A stretch of 64,000 nt of DNA from an uncultured Candidatus Saccharibacteria bacterium (GCA_964636355.1 CAZWRG010000006.1:660-64659); one strand, 5' to 3'; shown: positions 37,338-47,607, counted from the stretch's first letter. Numbers and translations are program-made. Notes: generated from the letters alone by a model not told the origin.

Positions 37338-38717
37338 CTAGATACGATGCCAGATTTGCCCGAACTCGGTATCCCTTATGCCAATTCCCTGGACCTTTAG
37401 ACGATCTCGCAATTCATCAGATTTGGCCCAGTCCTTGTTGTCTCGGGCTTTTTGGCGGTCTGCCAGAATTCTCTTCTGATTGTCGGTAATATCACTTCCA
37501 ACGATTTCTAATCCGAGCAAGTTTTCAACTTCTGAAGCAAACTTAGCAATCGATTCCTTATTGGCTTGTAGCCCCTCTTTTTCAAATTCAGTGAAAAATA
37601 AATCTACCCCAGCAACCGCCGACGGTGTATCAAGATCGTTTTGTATATTACTCAGCAAGGACTCTATTTTAGGCTCAGCTTTCGACTCGGTTTGCCACGC
37701 AAGGTCTGCAATTGCCCGCCAGTTGTTTAACCGATTTTGGGCTGCTTCAAGGTTTTCCCAGGTAAAGTTCGATTGATTGCGGTAGTGCGACTGTAACACC
37801 ATCAGACGAAAGGCCAATGGGTCAAAGCCCCTTTCCTTAATGTCGCGGAGAGTAAAAAAATTCCCTAGGCTTTTGCTCATCTTTTTACCATCTACCAGCA
37901 AATGTTCGTTATGGACAAAGTATTTGGCGTACACGTCGCCTTTGCCGGCGGTACTTTGAGCGATTTCGTTTTCATGATGCGGGAAAATAAGGTCAATACC
38001 GCCGGTGTGAACATCGAATGGCTGCCCCAGGTTATTAACACTCATCACCGAACATTCAATATGCCACCCTGGGCGGCCCAGCAAATCTTTGCCACCGAGC
38101 TCAAACTCCCAGGCCGGCTCACCGGGCTTACGGGTCTTCCAGAGTGCAAAATCATGAACTGATTCTTTGTCGTACTCATCGTTATCGATTCTGGCTTCGC
38201 TGGTATTTTGATTGGTTAGTTCCAGGAGTTGTCCGTATTTCTTGCCACTAGCTCGATACTTTTCGATGCTGAAATAGACCCCATCGTCGGCAATATACGC
38301 AAAGCCTTCGTCAAACAAATCGGTGATCAACGCCCGAATACCCTCGATAGAATCAACCGCACTTACAAATTTTATATGATCAACACGGTTGCCAATTGCA
38401 ATCATGTCGTCCAAAAAGATTTGCTTATACTCGTTGGTTAGTTTTTGCAGAGCGATCTCTGGCGCGTCTTCCGGGTAGCGCTCCAGGCTGCGGCGGATGG
38501 TTTTATCATCAACATCAGTAAAATTCATGACGTGCCGGACATTGTAGCCGCTGGCCTTTACAGCTCGCCGCAAGGTATCGGCGTAAATAAAAGCGCTAAG
38601 ATTTCCAATGTGGATATGATCATAAACTGTCGGCCCACAAGAGTACATCCGTACATCGTTGGTGTCCAGCGGCTCAAAATCCTCAACTTTTCTGGTCAGT
38701 GTGTTATACAATTTCAT
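37338..38717 (-). CDS. cysS: Cysteine--tRNA ligase
   Basis: HIGNLS (HIGH) and KMSKSLGN (KMSKS). Class I architecture, 459 aa. Confidence 0.95.
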   Translation of the reverse strand: MKLYNTLTRKVEDFEPLDTNDVRMYSCGPTVYDHIHIGNLSAFIYADTLRRAVKASGYNVRHVMNFTDVDDKTIRRSLERYPEDAPEIALQKLTNEYKQIFLDDMIAIGNRVDHIKFVSAVDSIEGIRALITDLFDEGFAYIADDGVYFSIEKYRASGKKYGQLLELTNQNTSEARIDNDEYDKESVHDFALWKTRKPGEPAWEFELGGKDLLGRPGWHIECSVMSVNNLGQPFDVHTGGIDLIFPHHENEIAQSTAGKGDVYAKYFVHNEHLLVDGKKMSKSLGNFFTLRDIKERGFDPLAFRLMVLQSHYRNQSNFTWENLEAAQNRLNNWRAIADLAWQTESKAEPKIESLLSNIQNDLDTPSAVAGVDLFFTEFEKEGLQANKESIAKFASEVENLLGLEIVGSDITDNQKRILADRQKARDNKDWAKSDELRDRLKVQGIGIRDTEFGQIWHRI

Positions 38718-39205
38718 GATGTAAGCTCCTGTATCAGCTGTTTGATATCAATTTCGACCCTATAGTCTCTTATAAAAACGCCTTCTTTTAGTTCTGCATC
38801 GTTCATCCAGATTCTTTCAGGAATAGCTTTATACATGTAGCGAATCGATTCACCAAGGAAGCTGTCAGGAGATTGCTCAAAATGAGATCCCTTTTTGATT
38901 TTGCGTACGCGAAGTATTTCCTCAGGGTCAGTTACTTGCTCTACCTGAGCCTGGATATAAACCCCTTCACCATCACCCTCTGGCACAGTCGAGTCGTATA
39001 TAACGATAAATACCCTCTTGTTGTGTGTAACGTTTATGGAATGTTGATTTTGTTTATCAGAGACCCAGTAGATATTTAAATTTTCATCATAATCGTGCGC
39101 TACTGGACTATTCCAGGGTTTTCCTTCTGGGGTAACCGTCGCAAGAGTTGCGTACTTAATAGTTTGTATGATTTCAAGAGCTCGCTTTTGATGATATTTA
39201 CTCAT
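38714..39205 (-). CDS. Pyridoxamine 5'-phosphate oxidase family protein
   Basis: YATLATVTPEGKPWNSPV...IYWVS pattern of the PNPOx-like split barrel. Confidence 0.6.
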   Translation of the reverse strand: MSKYHQKRALEIIQTIKYATLATVTPEGKPWNSPVAHDYDENLNIYWVSDKQNQHSINVTHNKRVFIVIYDSTVPEGDGEGVYIQAQVEQVTDPEEILRVRKIKKGSHFEQSPDSFLGESIRYMYKAIPERIWMNDAELKEGVFIRDYRVEIDIKQLIQELTS

Positions 39206-39723
39206 AGTACATCCTTTGCTGCACGTAGTATTGCTAAGTCACGTTTTTGGATAAACTTGCCTTCTGTATTATCTGGCTCATCTTGTTGCAATAGGTCAAT
39301 AGCTGCATCAAGATTTTTGACCTTTACCTGAACCATTCCTTCGGCTATTTCTTTTTCTCCCAGTGACGACTCTACCTGCTCACCAACTTGTCTGGCGACA
39401 TAGCAGAAAGACGTTTGCGCCAGACCGCCATCTTCGTATGTGTGATATTCAATAACCTGCCCCAATTCGGCAATTATTTCTGCTTGGCAGCCCACTTCTT
39501 CCAATAGTTCACGCTTTAGGGCTTGTCGACTGCCTTCGCCCTCATCAATGCCGCCGCCTGGCAGTTTATGATGACCGTGTTTGGTGACGTTGAGCAAGTA
39601 GACAGTATTGTCTTGGCCCAAGACAACTGCTCGAGCTGCTTCACGTTTTCGAAACCCAGCCGTATCAACCACCGGGCTGTCCGGTGTGATATCTTGCTGC
39701 GTAAGGGTGAGTATTGTCTTCAT
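39202..39723 (-). CDS. NUDIX hydrolase
   Basis: Nudix box GGGIDEGEGSRQALKRELLEEVGC. Confidence 0.8.
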   Translation of the reverse strand: MKTILTLTQQDITPDSPVVDTAGFRKREAARAVVLGQDNTVYLLNVTKHGHHKLPGGGIDEGEGSRQALKRELLEEVGCQAEIIAELGQVIEYHTYEDGGLAQTSFCYVARQVGEQVESSLGEKEIAEGMVQVKVKNLDAAIDLLQQDEPDNTEGKFIQKRDLAILRAAKDVL

Positions 39724-40301
39724 TATTTGGCTCCTTCGAGCTTGCCTTTATATAAACCAATATTTAGCAATACCGAACAGATGAATTGACGTACCGGAAC
39801 TATCCAAACTACGGCGGCTGTGGAGTTTATTGTCAGAAGCAAAAAGAACGAAGCAAGTAAGTTCAGCTGCCATGGCAATAACGATTCTAGGTCAGGTCGT
39901 TTGAATGATTTTATAATGAGCGGCATAAAAGCTATCAAATTAACAGCGTTTAAAACATATAAGTTCAGAGCTGCATCTTTAGTGCCTGCCCATAATAGGC
40001 AGCCCAGAAGCGCACCGACAAAACCTATTTTATCCGGAAGTTCTAAATAAAACTTATGACGCTTTAAGGCCAGAGCGCAAACAGCAATCGATGAAGCTGT
40101 ACCGACGATCGCGAAAGGTAAAACCGCCCATACATGCTCTACTATAAGGGATGCTAGCTGAGAAATGTTGATAAGCGTAAATATTAGAAAGGTTGCTATG
40201 CTTGGCAGTACTTTGTGTCTCGCAACATCCAGTACATACCAGCTACCGCTGATGGCAAAAATTATGCCAGCAATCAACCCAGAAACTTCGTGCAGGTTCA
40301 C
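39723..40301 (-). CDS. Hypothetical polytopic membrane protein (192 aa)
   Basis: Six hydrophobic segments. Start and stop are coupled to neighbouring genes. Confidence 0.5.
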   Translation of the reverse strand: MNLHEVSGLIAGIIFAISGSWYVLDVARHKVLPSIATFLIFTLINISQLASLIVEHVWAVLPFAIVGTASSIAVCALALKRHKFYLELPDKIGFVGALLGCLLWAGTKDAALNLYVLNAVNLIAFMPLIIKSFKRPDLESLLPWQLNLLASFFLLLTINSTAAVVWIVPVRQFICSVLLNIGLYKGKLEGAK

Positions 40302-41284
40302 CCTAGTAGCTCCTGGGTTTTGTTGATTATTTCAGCTTTTAGATGAGTCAATGATTTTCCGTCTATAATTTTAAAACCAGCGGCGTATTTGTGGCCGCCG
40401 CCGCCAAAATGCTCGGCCAGCTTGCCGGCAATAGGCGCTGCTGTGTTGCAGCGAATACCAGCCGTGATACGGCCATCATTGTAGTGTTTTATAGATATTG
40501 AAACGATCACCGCTTCAATTTGTAAGTGCTCAAATTGTATCAGGGCATTTGGATTATACAGCGGACTGTACTCCATGATTTCTTCGTGCGGGATATCGAC
40601 CATCGCCAGCTTACCATCAAGGTGCAGCTCGGTGCGCTTGATGAGCGCGGCCTTATAGCGAAAAATGTCAGGATGCATCTTTGATTCTTGGCGGCGTTTT
40701 TCTTCTAATTTTGGTCTGTCGACCCCAAGTTCAAGCAACTCAGCCATGACGTGATAGGTTTCGACGCTCGCTAAATCATTAGACAATCCCTGGGTGTCAC
40801 CCAGGATACTGGCCATGATAAATTCTCCAGAGATTTTGTCTATCGGCCAGCCTAAATCTTTAGAGATTTTGTAAATCAGCTCACCGGTGGAAGAAACCTT
40901 AGTGTCTGTCAGGTTTACACTTGCAAATGGAATTAGATTATTAACTTCGGCGTGGTGATCCAGTACAATACACGGTTTGCTGGCCAGCCAGCCCTGCTTG
41001 CCAGAGTCAGCCAGCTTTTCAAATAATGTAATGGTGCTGGCGTCTACCACTATACTTAGATCAAAACTACTCGGAAGTTCCGGGCTAACTCTGTCCCAAC
41101 CAGCAAGATATTTCAGATAATCTGGAATATCGACACCACAGTAAAGATAAACTTCTTTGCCATATTCGCTTAAAATCTGCTCAAGAGCCAGGGCCGAACC
41201 CAGACTGTCGGCATCTGGATTATCAGCCTGCAACACAACTATTTTTTGGGCAGCTGCAACTAGCCGTTTAATTTTGTCATTCAT
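40298..41284 (-). CDS. DHH/DHHA1 phosphoesterase (NrnA-like oligoribonuclease/pAp phosphatase)
   Basis: DNPDADSLGS, VLDHH and GGGHKYAAGF motifs. Leaderless-type promoter: TATACT, then 7 nt, then ATG. Confidence 0.75.
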   Translation of the reverse strand: MNDKIKRLVAAAQKIVVLQADNPDADSLGSALALEQILSEYGKEVYLYCGVDIPDYLKYLAGWDRVSPELPSSFDLSIVVDASTITLFEKLADSGKQGWLASKPCIVLDHHAEVNNLIPFASVNLTDTKVSSTGELIYKISKDLGWPIDKISGEFIMASILGDTQGLSNDLASVETYHVMAELLELGVDRPKLEEKRRQESKMHPDIFRYKAALIKRTELHLDGKLAMVDIPHEEIMEYSPLYNPNALIQFEHLQIEAVIVSISIKHYNDGRITAGIRCNTAAPIAGKLAEHFGGGGHKYAAGFKIIDGKSLTHLKAEIINKTQELLG

Positions 41285-41366
41285 TGAATAAAGTATAACA
41301 GACTACAAACATTGACACAAAGATAAACCCATGCTATATTATGATATTTAAGAGTGTGGTAAGAAT

Positions 41367-41630
41367 ATGGCAAGCGAATACGAGAAACAATCATTTTTAA
41401 GACCTTATGAAGGTGAGTTGGAGCCGACGTCGGAGCGCGGTGAATTGATTGGTGCCGCTGCCCTATCAGGTGCGTATGCCTCTATTGTGGCTGCTGCCAC
41501 AGGCGAAATTACAGAGAAAATCGGTTTTATAGACAGTTTTCCTGGCGGAGTCATTGCTAAGTTTTCTGGATTTTTAGCATTATGCGGTGCTGGGGCAATT
41601 GCCAGCAGCAAGTTTGCTGACAGGTTATAA
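41367..41630 (+). CDS. Hypothetical small G/A-rich protein (87 aa)
   Basis: Only plausible ORF in the nrnA-recR gap. An overlapping minus-strand ORF, 41405..41659, is the alternative. Confidence 0.3.
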   Translation: MASEYEKQSFLRPYEGELEPTSERGELIGAAALSGAYASIVAAATGEITEKIGFIDSFPGGVIAKFSGFLALCGAGAIASSKFADRL

Positions 41631-42230
41631 GGTGGTGCGGCCTTCGAGGGCCCGGCCAAGCGTTATTTGATCAGCATATTCCAGATCAACTCCAACTGGT
41701 AAACCTCGTGCTAGGCGTGAAATTTTGACCTTTCGGTCGCCAATTTGCTGCTGTATATAAAGCGCTGTTGATTCGCCTTCTACACTGGCATTGGTGGCCA
41801 AGATAACTTCCCCAACCTTGTCATCGTCAATGCGCTTAATAAGCTCAGCTATATGCAGCTGCTCTGGTCCGACGCTATCAATCGGCGACACTAACCCACC
41901 TAACACGTGATAAGTGCCCTTAAATTGTGAAGTTTTTTCCAGGGCTAAAATATCAAATGGCTCGGCAACCACGGCCACTAGTTGTTTGTCACGTTTTGGG
42001 TCAGTATACAGCGGTGAAAGTTCCTGCCCGGCCTCAACAAGCGCAAAAGTTTTTTTGCAATAACTGATAGCGCTGTGCAGCTTGGTTAATTTTTCAGCCA
42101 TTTGTTGGGCGGTAACTGGATTTGCTTTAAGCAGAAAATAAGCGTATCTTTCGGCAGTGCGCGAGCCAACACCCGGCAACGAACCAAGCGATTCGATTAA
42201 TTCAGTTAGCGCTGATGGCAAAATATTCAT
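41625..42230 (-). CDS. recR: Recombination protein RecR (lacks the usual Cys4 zinc finger)
   Basis: N-terminal HhH LPGVGSRTAERYAY and Toprim EVILATNASVEGESTALY. The zinc-finger region reads ISYCKKTFALVEAGQELSPLY, with one Cys only. Confidence 0.9.
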   Translation of the reverse strand: MNILPSALTELIESLGSLPGVGSRTAERYAYFLLKANPVTAQQMAEKLTKLHSAISYCKKTFALVEAGQELSPLYTDPKRDKQLVAVVAEPFDILALEKTSQFKGTYHVLGGLVSPIDSVGPEQLHIAELIKRIDDDKVGEVILATNASVEGESTALYIQQQIGDRKVKISRLARGLPVGVDLEYADQITLGRALEGRTTL

Positions 42231-42345
42231 AACTTATATTTATTAAAACTTCTCATCCCAGCTTTTACTGCAGTTTTATCACTTACTTAAATGACAAACT
42301 GCAAAGTATTTAGTAAAACATGAAGGAATAATCAAATCGAGAGTT

Positions 42346-42639
42346 TTACATTCCTAGATCGCCAAGTGCGCCCATGAAAGGCTGCATCTTTTCAGCGGCA
42401 ATTTTTTGGCTCTGTTGAATGGCGTCTTTGACGGCGTCTTCTACCCAACGCTCCAGTTGATGAATGTCATCAAGATCAACCATTTCTGGATCGATATGGA
42501 TTTTTTTAATTTTTTGCTCACCGCTAATTTCTACCCGAACAGCGCCGTCACCTTGCTCTGAAGTGATGACCATTTTTTGCAGTTCTTTTTGCAATTTCTT
42601 TACCTGAAGCAGCATTTTAGCTTGATCGAATCTTCCCAT
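42346..42639 (-). CDS. YbaB/EbfC family nucleoid-associated protein
   Basis: 97 aa. MLLQVKKLQKELQ...GDGAVRVEISGEQKI pattern. Sits beside recR as usual. Confidence 0.85.
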   Translation of the reverse strand: MGRFDQAKMLLQVKKLQKELQKMVITSEQGDGAVRVEISGEQKIKKIHIDPEMVDLDDIHQLERWVEDAVKDAIQQSQKIAAEKMQPFMGALGDLGM

Positions 42640-42748
42640 TTATAACTCCTTTAAATTATTACGAGGCAGTCAAAGTTTGCTTTTCGCTAAAACAATAAAT
42701 CTAAGAACCCTCGTTAATCCAATATATTGTAACAGATTATAGGATATA

Positions 42749-43933
42749 TTAATCAATTACGTGGACAAAAACTTCTTTAGTTTCTGGCGTATTGGGCCAG
42801 GCTATAAAATATTGATTAAATGAAAATACTACAGATAAAACAACCGCAGCGGTCATCATGACAAGGCCCGTACCGCGGGCAAATGGGTTTCTTGGAAAAA
42901 CCGTGAACCACTGTTGGAGCATCAAGGCGATGCCGCCAGTGGCAATCAAATATACAAATGGCAATAACAAGCTGATATTAACCGGGCCGCCTAGAGCAAT
43001 TAAAAATGCGCCCATTGCAAAGACTAAAACAATCGACCAGGTTCTATCGAGTTTTCGTTTGAAAAAATAAGCGTAAGTGCCGATGACAAACATAATCGAA
43101 GTAAACCAGCTAATCAGCGGCAGCGTTCCCAGCCAGAATTCATAGCCTTCTGGGTTTATGATAAATAACTGCAGTGGCAGTCTGCCCAGATTTTTTATAA
43201 ACTCCAACGGGGTTGGTAGTTCGTGGGGGAGGCCTAGAAAGGCCCAGCCCAGCTCAGGATTATTGACAATGCTCCACGCCAGCGGAAAAATCGCTACAAT
43301 TATAACCAACGATATGGCGATTTGCGGTAATAGCTTTTGGCGTTTAAAGACGCCCATCACCCACTTGAATCGCCAGATAAAAAGCGCCGCTATAAACCAA
43401 ATCAGTCCTGGTATGTATAAAAGAGTTAACACGGCGAGCGTGCCGGCTATGGTCGGTAACGCCCGCGGTCCAGATTTTTGTAACCAAATAATGCAGGCGA
43501 AAGCAACAAACAGCAGACTAAAATTTATAGCATCTGTTCCGCTGCGAGCGACACTTAAAAACCAGCTTGATGAAATAAATAGAGCGGCTCCTAAGATAGC
43601 TATTCGCCTGGTGTGCCAGTTGGCCAGAACATAATACATGGCAGCAGCGACCACAAGGCCTAACAAAGCACTGGCGCTTCTTAGGGCGACTATTGGGCTA
43701 AAACCTGCCTCCAGACCAAGATATTGCAAGGCTTTTTGCGGAAGTCCTAGAGGATTTTCAGCAATTAGCTTAAAACTGGATGTGCTTTCCAGTTGGCTAA
43801 TCTCATTATTGCTCACGCCCGGCAATAAACTATCAATTCTAAAGAATAAAATCGAACCTAAAACTATCAGCAAAACAGCGCCGCTAGCCAACATTGGCCA
43901 ATTAACTGATAACCATTTCCACGCCCTATTCAT
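42749..43933 (-). CDS. Polytopic membrane protein, possibly a GT-C type (PMT/ArnT-like) glycosyltransferase
   Basis: 394 aa with about 11 TM segments. The family assignment is tentative. Confidence 0.45.
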   Translation of the reverse strand: MNRAWKWLSVNWPMLASGAVLLIVLGSILFFRIDSLLPGVSNNEISQLESTSSFKLIAENPLGLPQKALQYLGLEAGFSPIVALRSASALLGLVVAAAMYYVLANWHTRRIAILGAALFISSSWFLSVARSGTDAINFSLLFVAFACIIWLQKSGPRALPTIAGTLAVLTLLYIPGLIWFIAALFIWRFKWVMGVFKRQKLLPQIAISLVIIVAIFPLAWSIVNNPELGWAFLGLPHELPTPLEFIKNLGRLPLQLFIINPEGYEFWLGTLPLISWFTSIMFVIGTYAYFFKRKLDRTWSIVLVFAMGAFLIALGGPVNISLLLPFVYLIATGGIALMLQQWFTVFPRNPFARGTGLVMMTAAVVLSVVFSFNQYFIAWPNTPETKEVFVHVID

Positions 43934-44001
43934 ACTTAAATTAAGTATAGCATTATAAATAAATCAAAAGACATAAGTTGTGATTTTGCTAATAAATGGC
44001 C

Positions 44002-45357
44002 TTAGTCAAACGGGGTGGTGTGTTTGTTGTCCAGGCTTCGGAAGCGTTGTTTTTCTTTGTCAAAGTACAGTTCAACGCCGCCGGTGGGTCCGTTTCGATG
44101 TTTTTTGATGAAGATGTCAGTGATGTTGCGCCGATCAGTTTCCGGGTTGTAATAGTCTTCGCGGTAAATAAAGGCCACCACGTCGGCGTCTTGTTCGATT
44201 GAGCCTGACTCCCTTAGGTCGGATAGCTGTGGAATTTGCGGGCTGCGGCTTTCAACCGATCGGCTTAGCTGAGACAGGGCCACCAGCGGGACATTTAGCT
44301 CGCGGGCGATTCCCTTAAGGCCGCGTGAAATTTCAGAAATTTCTTGGACCCGGTTGCCATCGGAGCCAAACTTTGCACCGCCGCTCATCAGCTGCAGATA
44401 GTCAACAATAATCAGGCCGAGCGGCCGTTGGTGAGCTTCACGGCGGGCTTTGGTTCTAAGGTCGCTAACAGTGATGCCCGGCGTGTCGTCGATATAAATT
44501 TGAGCCTCCGATAGTGAGCCCATTGCTTGACCGATTTTTTCAAAATCAGCATCGGTTAGGTTGCCGGTTCTAAGCGCCCAGGCATCAACACCGGATTCCA
44601 TGGACAGCATACGGTCAACCAGTTGCTCTTTACTCATTTCAAGGCTAAAAATCAGAACTGGCTGCTCAGATTTTAAGCCAACGTTATGAGCTAGATTAAG
44701 CGAAAATGCTGTTTTACCCATTGACGGACGAGCCGCTAAAATAAATAAATCGGAACGCTGCAGCCCGGCCAAGATGTTATCCAAATCCTTAAAACCAGTT
44801 GGTACGCCGCGAATTTTACCCTTATCTTTGTGCAGTTCGTCGAGTCGATCAAAACTGTCGCCTAAAATCGTCTCGATGCTAGAAATGTCTTGCTTGATAT
44901 GTTTTTGGCTGACATCAAACAATCGAGCCTCAGCTTCTTCGATAAGCTCCTGAAGCCCGTGAGCTTCATCGTAACCAAGCCCAACGATGTCTTGAGAGGC
45001 TTTGATCAGTCGCCGGCGCATTGCTTTTTGAGCGACGATATCGGCATATTGCTCGACATGAGCGGCCGTGGGAACAAAATTTGTCAGTTCGGTTAAATAT
45101 GCCGAACCGCCAACCATCTCCAGCAGTCCCGAGGCTTTTAACTGATTAGACAGCGTCAACACATCTATCGGACTGTGTTTTTCATACAGTTGCAAAACGG
45201 CCTCAAAAATTCGTTTGTGACGATCATCATAAAAATCATCAGGGCTCAGGCTATCGGCGATTTTTACAATCGCATCAGTATCAATCAAAATCGCGCCGAG
45301 TAATGATGCTTCAGCGTCAAGATTCTGAGGTGGTATTTTTGCCTGTGACTCCGCCAT
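44002..45357 (-). CDS. dnaB: Replicative DNA helicase DnaB
   Basis: PPQNLDAEASLLGAIL, ARPSMGKTAF, SLEMS and RESGSIEQDADVV. Confidence 0.95.
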   Translation of the reverse strand: MAESQAKIPPQNLDAEASLLGAILIDTDAIVKIADSLSPDDFYDDRHKRIFEAVLQLYEKHSPIDVLTLSNQLKASGLLEMVGGSAYLTELTNFVPTAAHVEQYADIVAQKAMRRRLIKASQDIVGLGYDEAHGLQELIEEAEARLFDVSQKHIKQDISSIETILGDSFDRLDELHKDKGKIRGVPTGFKDLDNILAGLQRSDLFILAARPSMGKTAFSLNLAHNVGLKSEQPVLIFSLEMSKEQLVDRMLSMESGVDAWALRTGNLTDADFEKIGQAMGSLSEAQIYIDDTPGITVSDLRTKARREAHQRPLGLIIVDYLQLMSGGAKFGSDGNRVQEISEISRGLKGIARELNVPLVALSQLSRSVESRSPQIPQLSDLRESGSIEQDADVVAFIYREDYYNPETDRRNITDIFIKKHRNGPTGGVELYFDKEKQRFRSLDNKHTTPFD

Positions 45358-45363
45358 TGTCTA

Positions 45364-46860
45364 TTACTCTAGCACTTCAGCGCCACCGAAGATATTGCTT
45401 ATGGTATCAATTGGACTTTGAGCGTCTGATTTTCCGGCTGCCGGTTGATCTTCTGACTGCTTAGCGGCGTCAACTACACAGACTATTTCCGGCGAAAGAC
45501 CAGTTTCACTCAAGATAATTTCACTTAGTATTTTTTTATTACGGGCATCATTTAACTTTTTTTGATGAAACGGAAAATTAAATGATAATGTCAATTTATC
45601 AGTTTCAAACAGCGGCGAAGCCATCCTGGCGATACCATATAAAGTGTTATGTTTTTGCTTGAGTGCTAAAAGAACAGTTTGCCAGGAATTTTCATCCAGC
45701 GGCCCGCTATTGTCAGTTGGTTGTTTGGTTGGTTCTTTTGGAATATTTTGCTGCTTGGGCTGATAATTTGATGATTGATCCTTTGAAGAAGTCTCAGCTT
45801 CAGCTTCTGTTTCAACAGTTTTTTCGATGTCGGCTGGTTTATATGTTTGATTATTTTCCGGTTTTTTAACAGATACAATATTTGGTTTGGTTGTAGGCTG
45901 AGCAGCCAGCGCATAATCAATTAACACAATTTCCAGCAACGATTGCGGATCATGAGAGGCCGGAACTTCAATTAGACGTTCGAGTAATTTAAGCGTTTTG
46001 TCGGCCGACGAAGTATCGGCTGAATTTAATAATTTATCCCTAAATTTATCTGCTAATTGCCTGGCGATATTAGGCGGCTGAAGCCCCTGCTCTTGCAGCT
46101 CGGACAGCAAATTTACAATCTCGGCGGCTTTAGCAGATTCCGCAGCTTTAATAAGCTCGTCAATTACCGCTTGCGGCGCAATTCCAAGCATTTGCTGAAC
46201 GCTGTCAGCATCTACTTTATCTCTAGAATTGCTGACTTGATCAAGCATTGAAATACTGTCACGCAGCGATCCGCCGCCGTGTTTGGCGATCAATTCCAGA
46301 GCCTCATCAGTGATCGAAATTTTTTCCTGTTTGGCAATTTTTGATAGATGACTAGCAACCTCTTTTAAGGATGCCGGCTTGAACGAAAAGCGTTGAGTGC
46401 GGCTAATGATAGTTTCCGGCAATTTATGCGCTTCAGTGGTCGCCAGAATAAAAATTACGTGTTTTGGCGGCTCTTCAAGGGTTTTTAAAAGCGCGTTGAA
46501 GGCCTCTTTGGTGAGCATATGAACTTCATCAATAATATACACTTTGTATTTAGCCATGGTCGGAGCATTGTGAACGCGGTCGCGCAGAGTCCGGATTTCA
46601 TCAATTCGGCGATTACTGGCGGCATCAATTTCAATAATATCCAGATGGTTGGTGTCATCTTCGTAAGGAAGTTTGTTGACCTCGTGGGCTAAAATACGGG
46701 CAATGCTGGTCTTGCCCGTCCCCCGCGGACCAGTAAATAAATAGGCGTGACCAATTTTTCCAGACTGAAGAGCATTCGATAGCGAAGTCGTAATATGCTG
46801 CTGCCCAACTATTTCAGACAACTTTTTAGACCGGTATTTCCGATACAGTGCTTTTCCCAT
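45364..46860 (-). CDS. dnaX: DNA polymerase III subunit gamma/tau
   Basis: ALYRKYRS..F.EIVGQ, GPRGTGKTS, IIDEVHMLT and SRTQRF. ATG at 46860 chosen (MGKALYRKYR). The track ORF extends 63 nt upstream. Confidence 0.9.
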   Translation of the reverse strand: MGKALYRKYRSKKLSEIVGQQHITTSLSNALQSGKIGHAYLFTGPRGTGKTSIARILAHEVNKLPYEDDTNHLDIIEIDAASNRRIDEIRTLRDRVHNAPTMAKYKVYIIDEVHMLTKEAFNALLKTLEEPPKHVIFILATTEAHKLPETIISRTQRFSFKPASLKEVASHLSKIAKQEKISITDEALELIAKHGGGSLRDSISMLDQVSNSRDKVDADSVQQMLGIAPQAVIDELIKAAESAKAAEIVNLLSELQEQGLQPPNIARQLADKFRDKLLNSADTSSADKTLKLLERLIEVPASHDPQSLLEIVLIDYALAAQPTTKPNIVSVKKPENNQTYKPADIEKTVETEAEAETSSKDQSSNYQPKQQNIPKEPTKQPTDNSGPLDENSWQTVLLALKQKHNTLYGIARMASPLFETDKLTLSFNFPFHQKKLNDARNKKILSEIILSETGLSPEIVCVVDAAKQSEDQPAAGKSDAQSPIDTISNIFGGAEVLE

Positions 46861-46926
46861 AGTTGTTTTATTATAACCCGCAGCCAATTTTTGGTCTGCT
46901 GTAGAAATGACACAATTAAACAATTG

Positions 46927-47568
46927 CTAAGCGGCTTCTTGATAGTGTTCGGCTTGTTCGGTGGGCCGTTGTTTCCAGATATCTCGACAGCTTAAAGCGC
47001 CTAAACCAACAGCTGCAATGGTTGACGCTGCGCCGCCAATTATTAAGGCTTCATGCAATTGACCTGACTCACTGGCGCTAGCTGCCAGGTTCAAAACCAT
47101 CGAACCCATTCTGGCCGCCATGCCGATTGTACCGGCTTTGCCAACCTCAGGATCACCGCCTTTTTGAGTTACATAAATTGTGGTGCTGGCTGTAGCTGCT
47201 TCGGTGGCTAATATTGGTCCGGCTTGTTCAATGGGCATATAGCCGCCGACAACCGCGCCGGTAAAAACAGAAGCTGCAAAAATTTTATCCATTACCGGAT
47301 CGAGTTTTCGGCCAACAGTGCTAGGGATTGCTCTGATGGTTCTTTGAAACTTTGGCCAGCGAGAAGTTGCTTGGATTAAAGAGCCTTCCATGTCACTTGC
47401 CGCCAGCCCGCCGGCCGCTACAACCGCAGCTGAAGGGTCGATGTTATTGGTGGCCAGCATGGCACCTAACACCACGCCTCCAGCGCCGCGGGCGACTGAG
47501 ATTGCATTAGGAGAGGTTAATAGTTCACCCTGTTCTTCGCCGGATGATTTAAATGATTTAAATCCCAT
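46927..47568 (-). CDS. Hypothetical G/A-rich membrane protein with a weak CDP-alcohol phosphatidyltransferase-like motif
   Basis: DMEGSLIQATSR...GRKLDPVMDKIF loosely resembles D-x2-DG-x2-AR...G-x3-D-x3-D. Assignment is tentative. Confidence 0.35.
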   Translation of the reverse strand: MGFKSFKSSGEEQGELLTSPNAISVARGAGGVVLGAMLATNNIDPSAAVVAAGGLAASDMEGSLIQATSRWPKFQRTIRAIPSTVGRKLDPVMDKIFAASVFTGAVVGGYMPIEQAGPILATEAATASTTIYVTQKGGDPEVGKAGTIGMAARMGSMVLNLAASASESGQLHEALIIGGAASTIAAVGLGALSCRDIWKQRPTEQAEHYQEAA

Positions 47569-47607
47569 TATTGGGATAAATTATAGCATGAAATGAGAAT
47601 TTATCAA

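Noticed and set aside
37283-38765. Plus-strand ORFs overlapping cysS (37283..37489, 37480..37776, 37902..38162, 38229..38441, 38445..38765)
   Set aside because: They are antisense to a full-length cysS with HIGH and KMSKS motifs.
41405-41659. Minus-strand ORF 41405..41659 as the real gene in the nrnA-recR gap
   Set aside because: It would overlap the recR 3' end by 35 nt on the same strand in another frame. The product is an Ala/Pro-rich mirror of the plus-strand ORF. Neither is strongly supported, so I listed the plus-strand ORF at low confidence.
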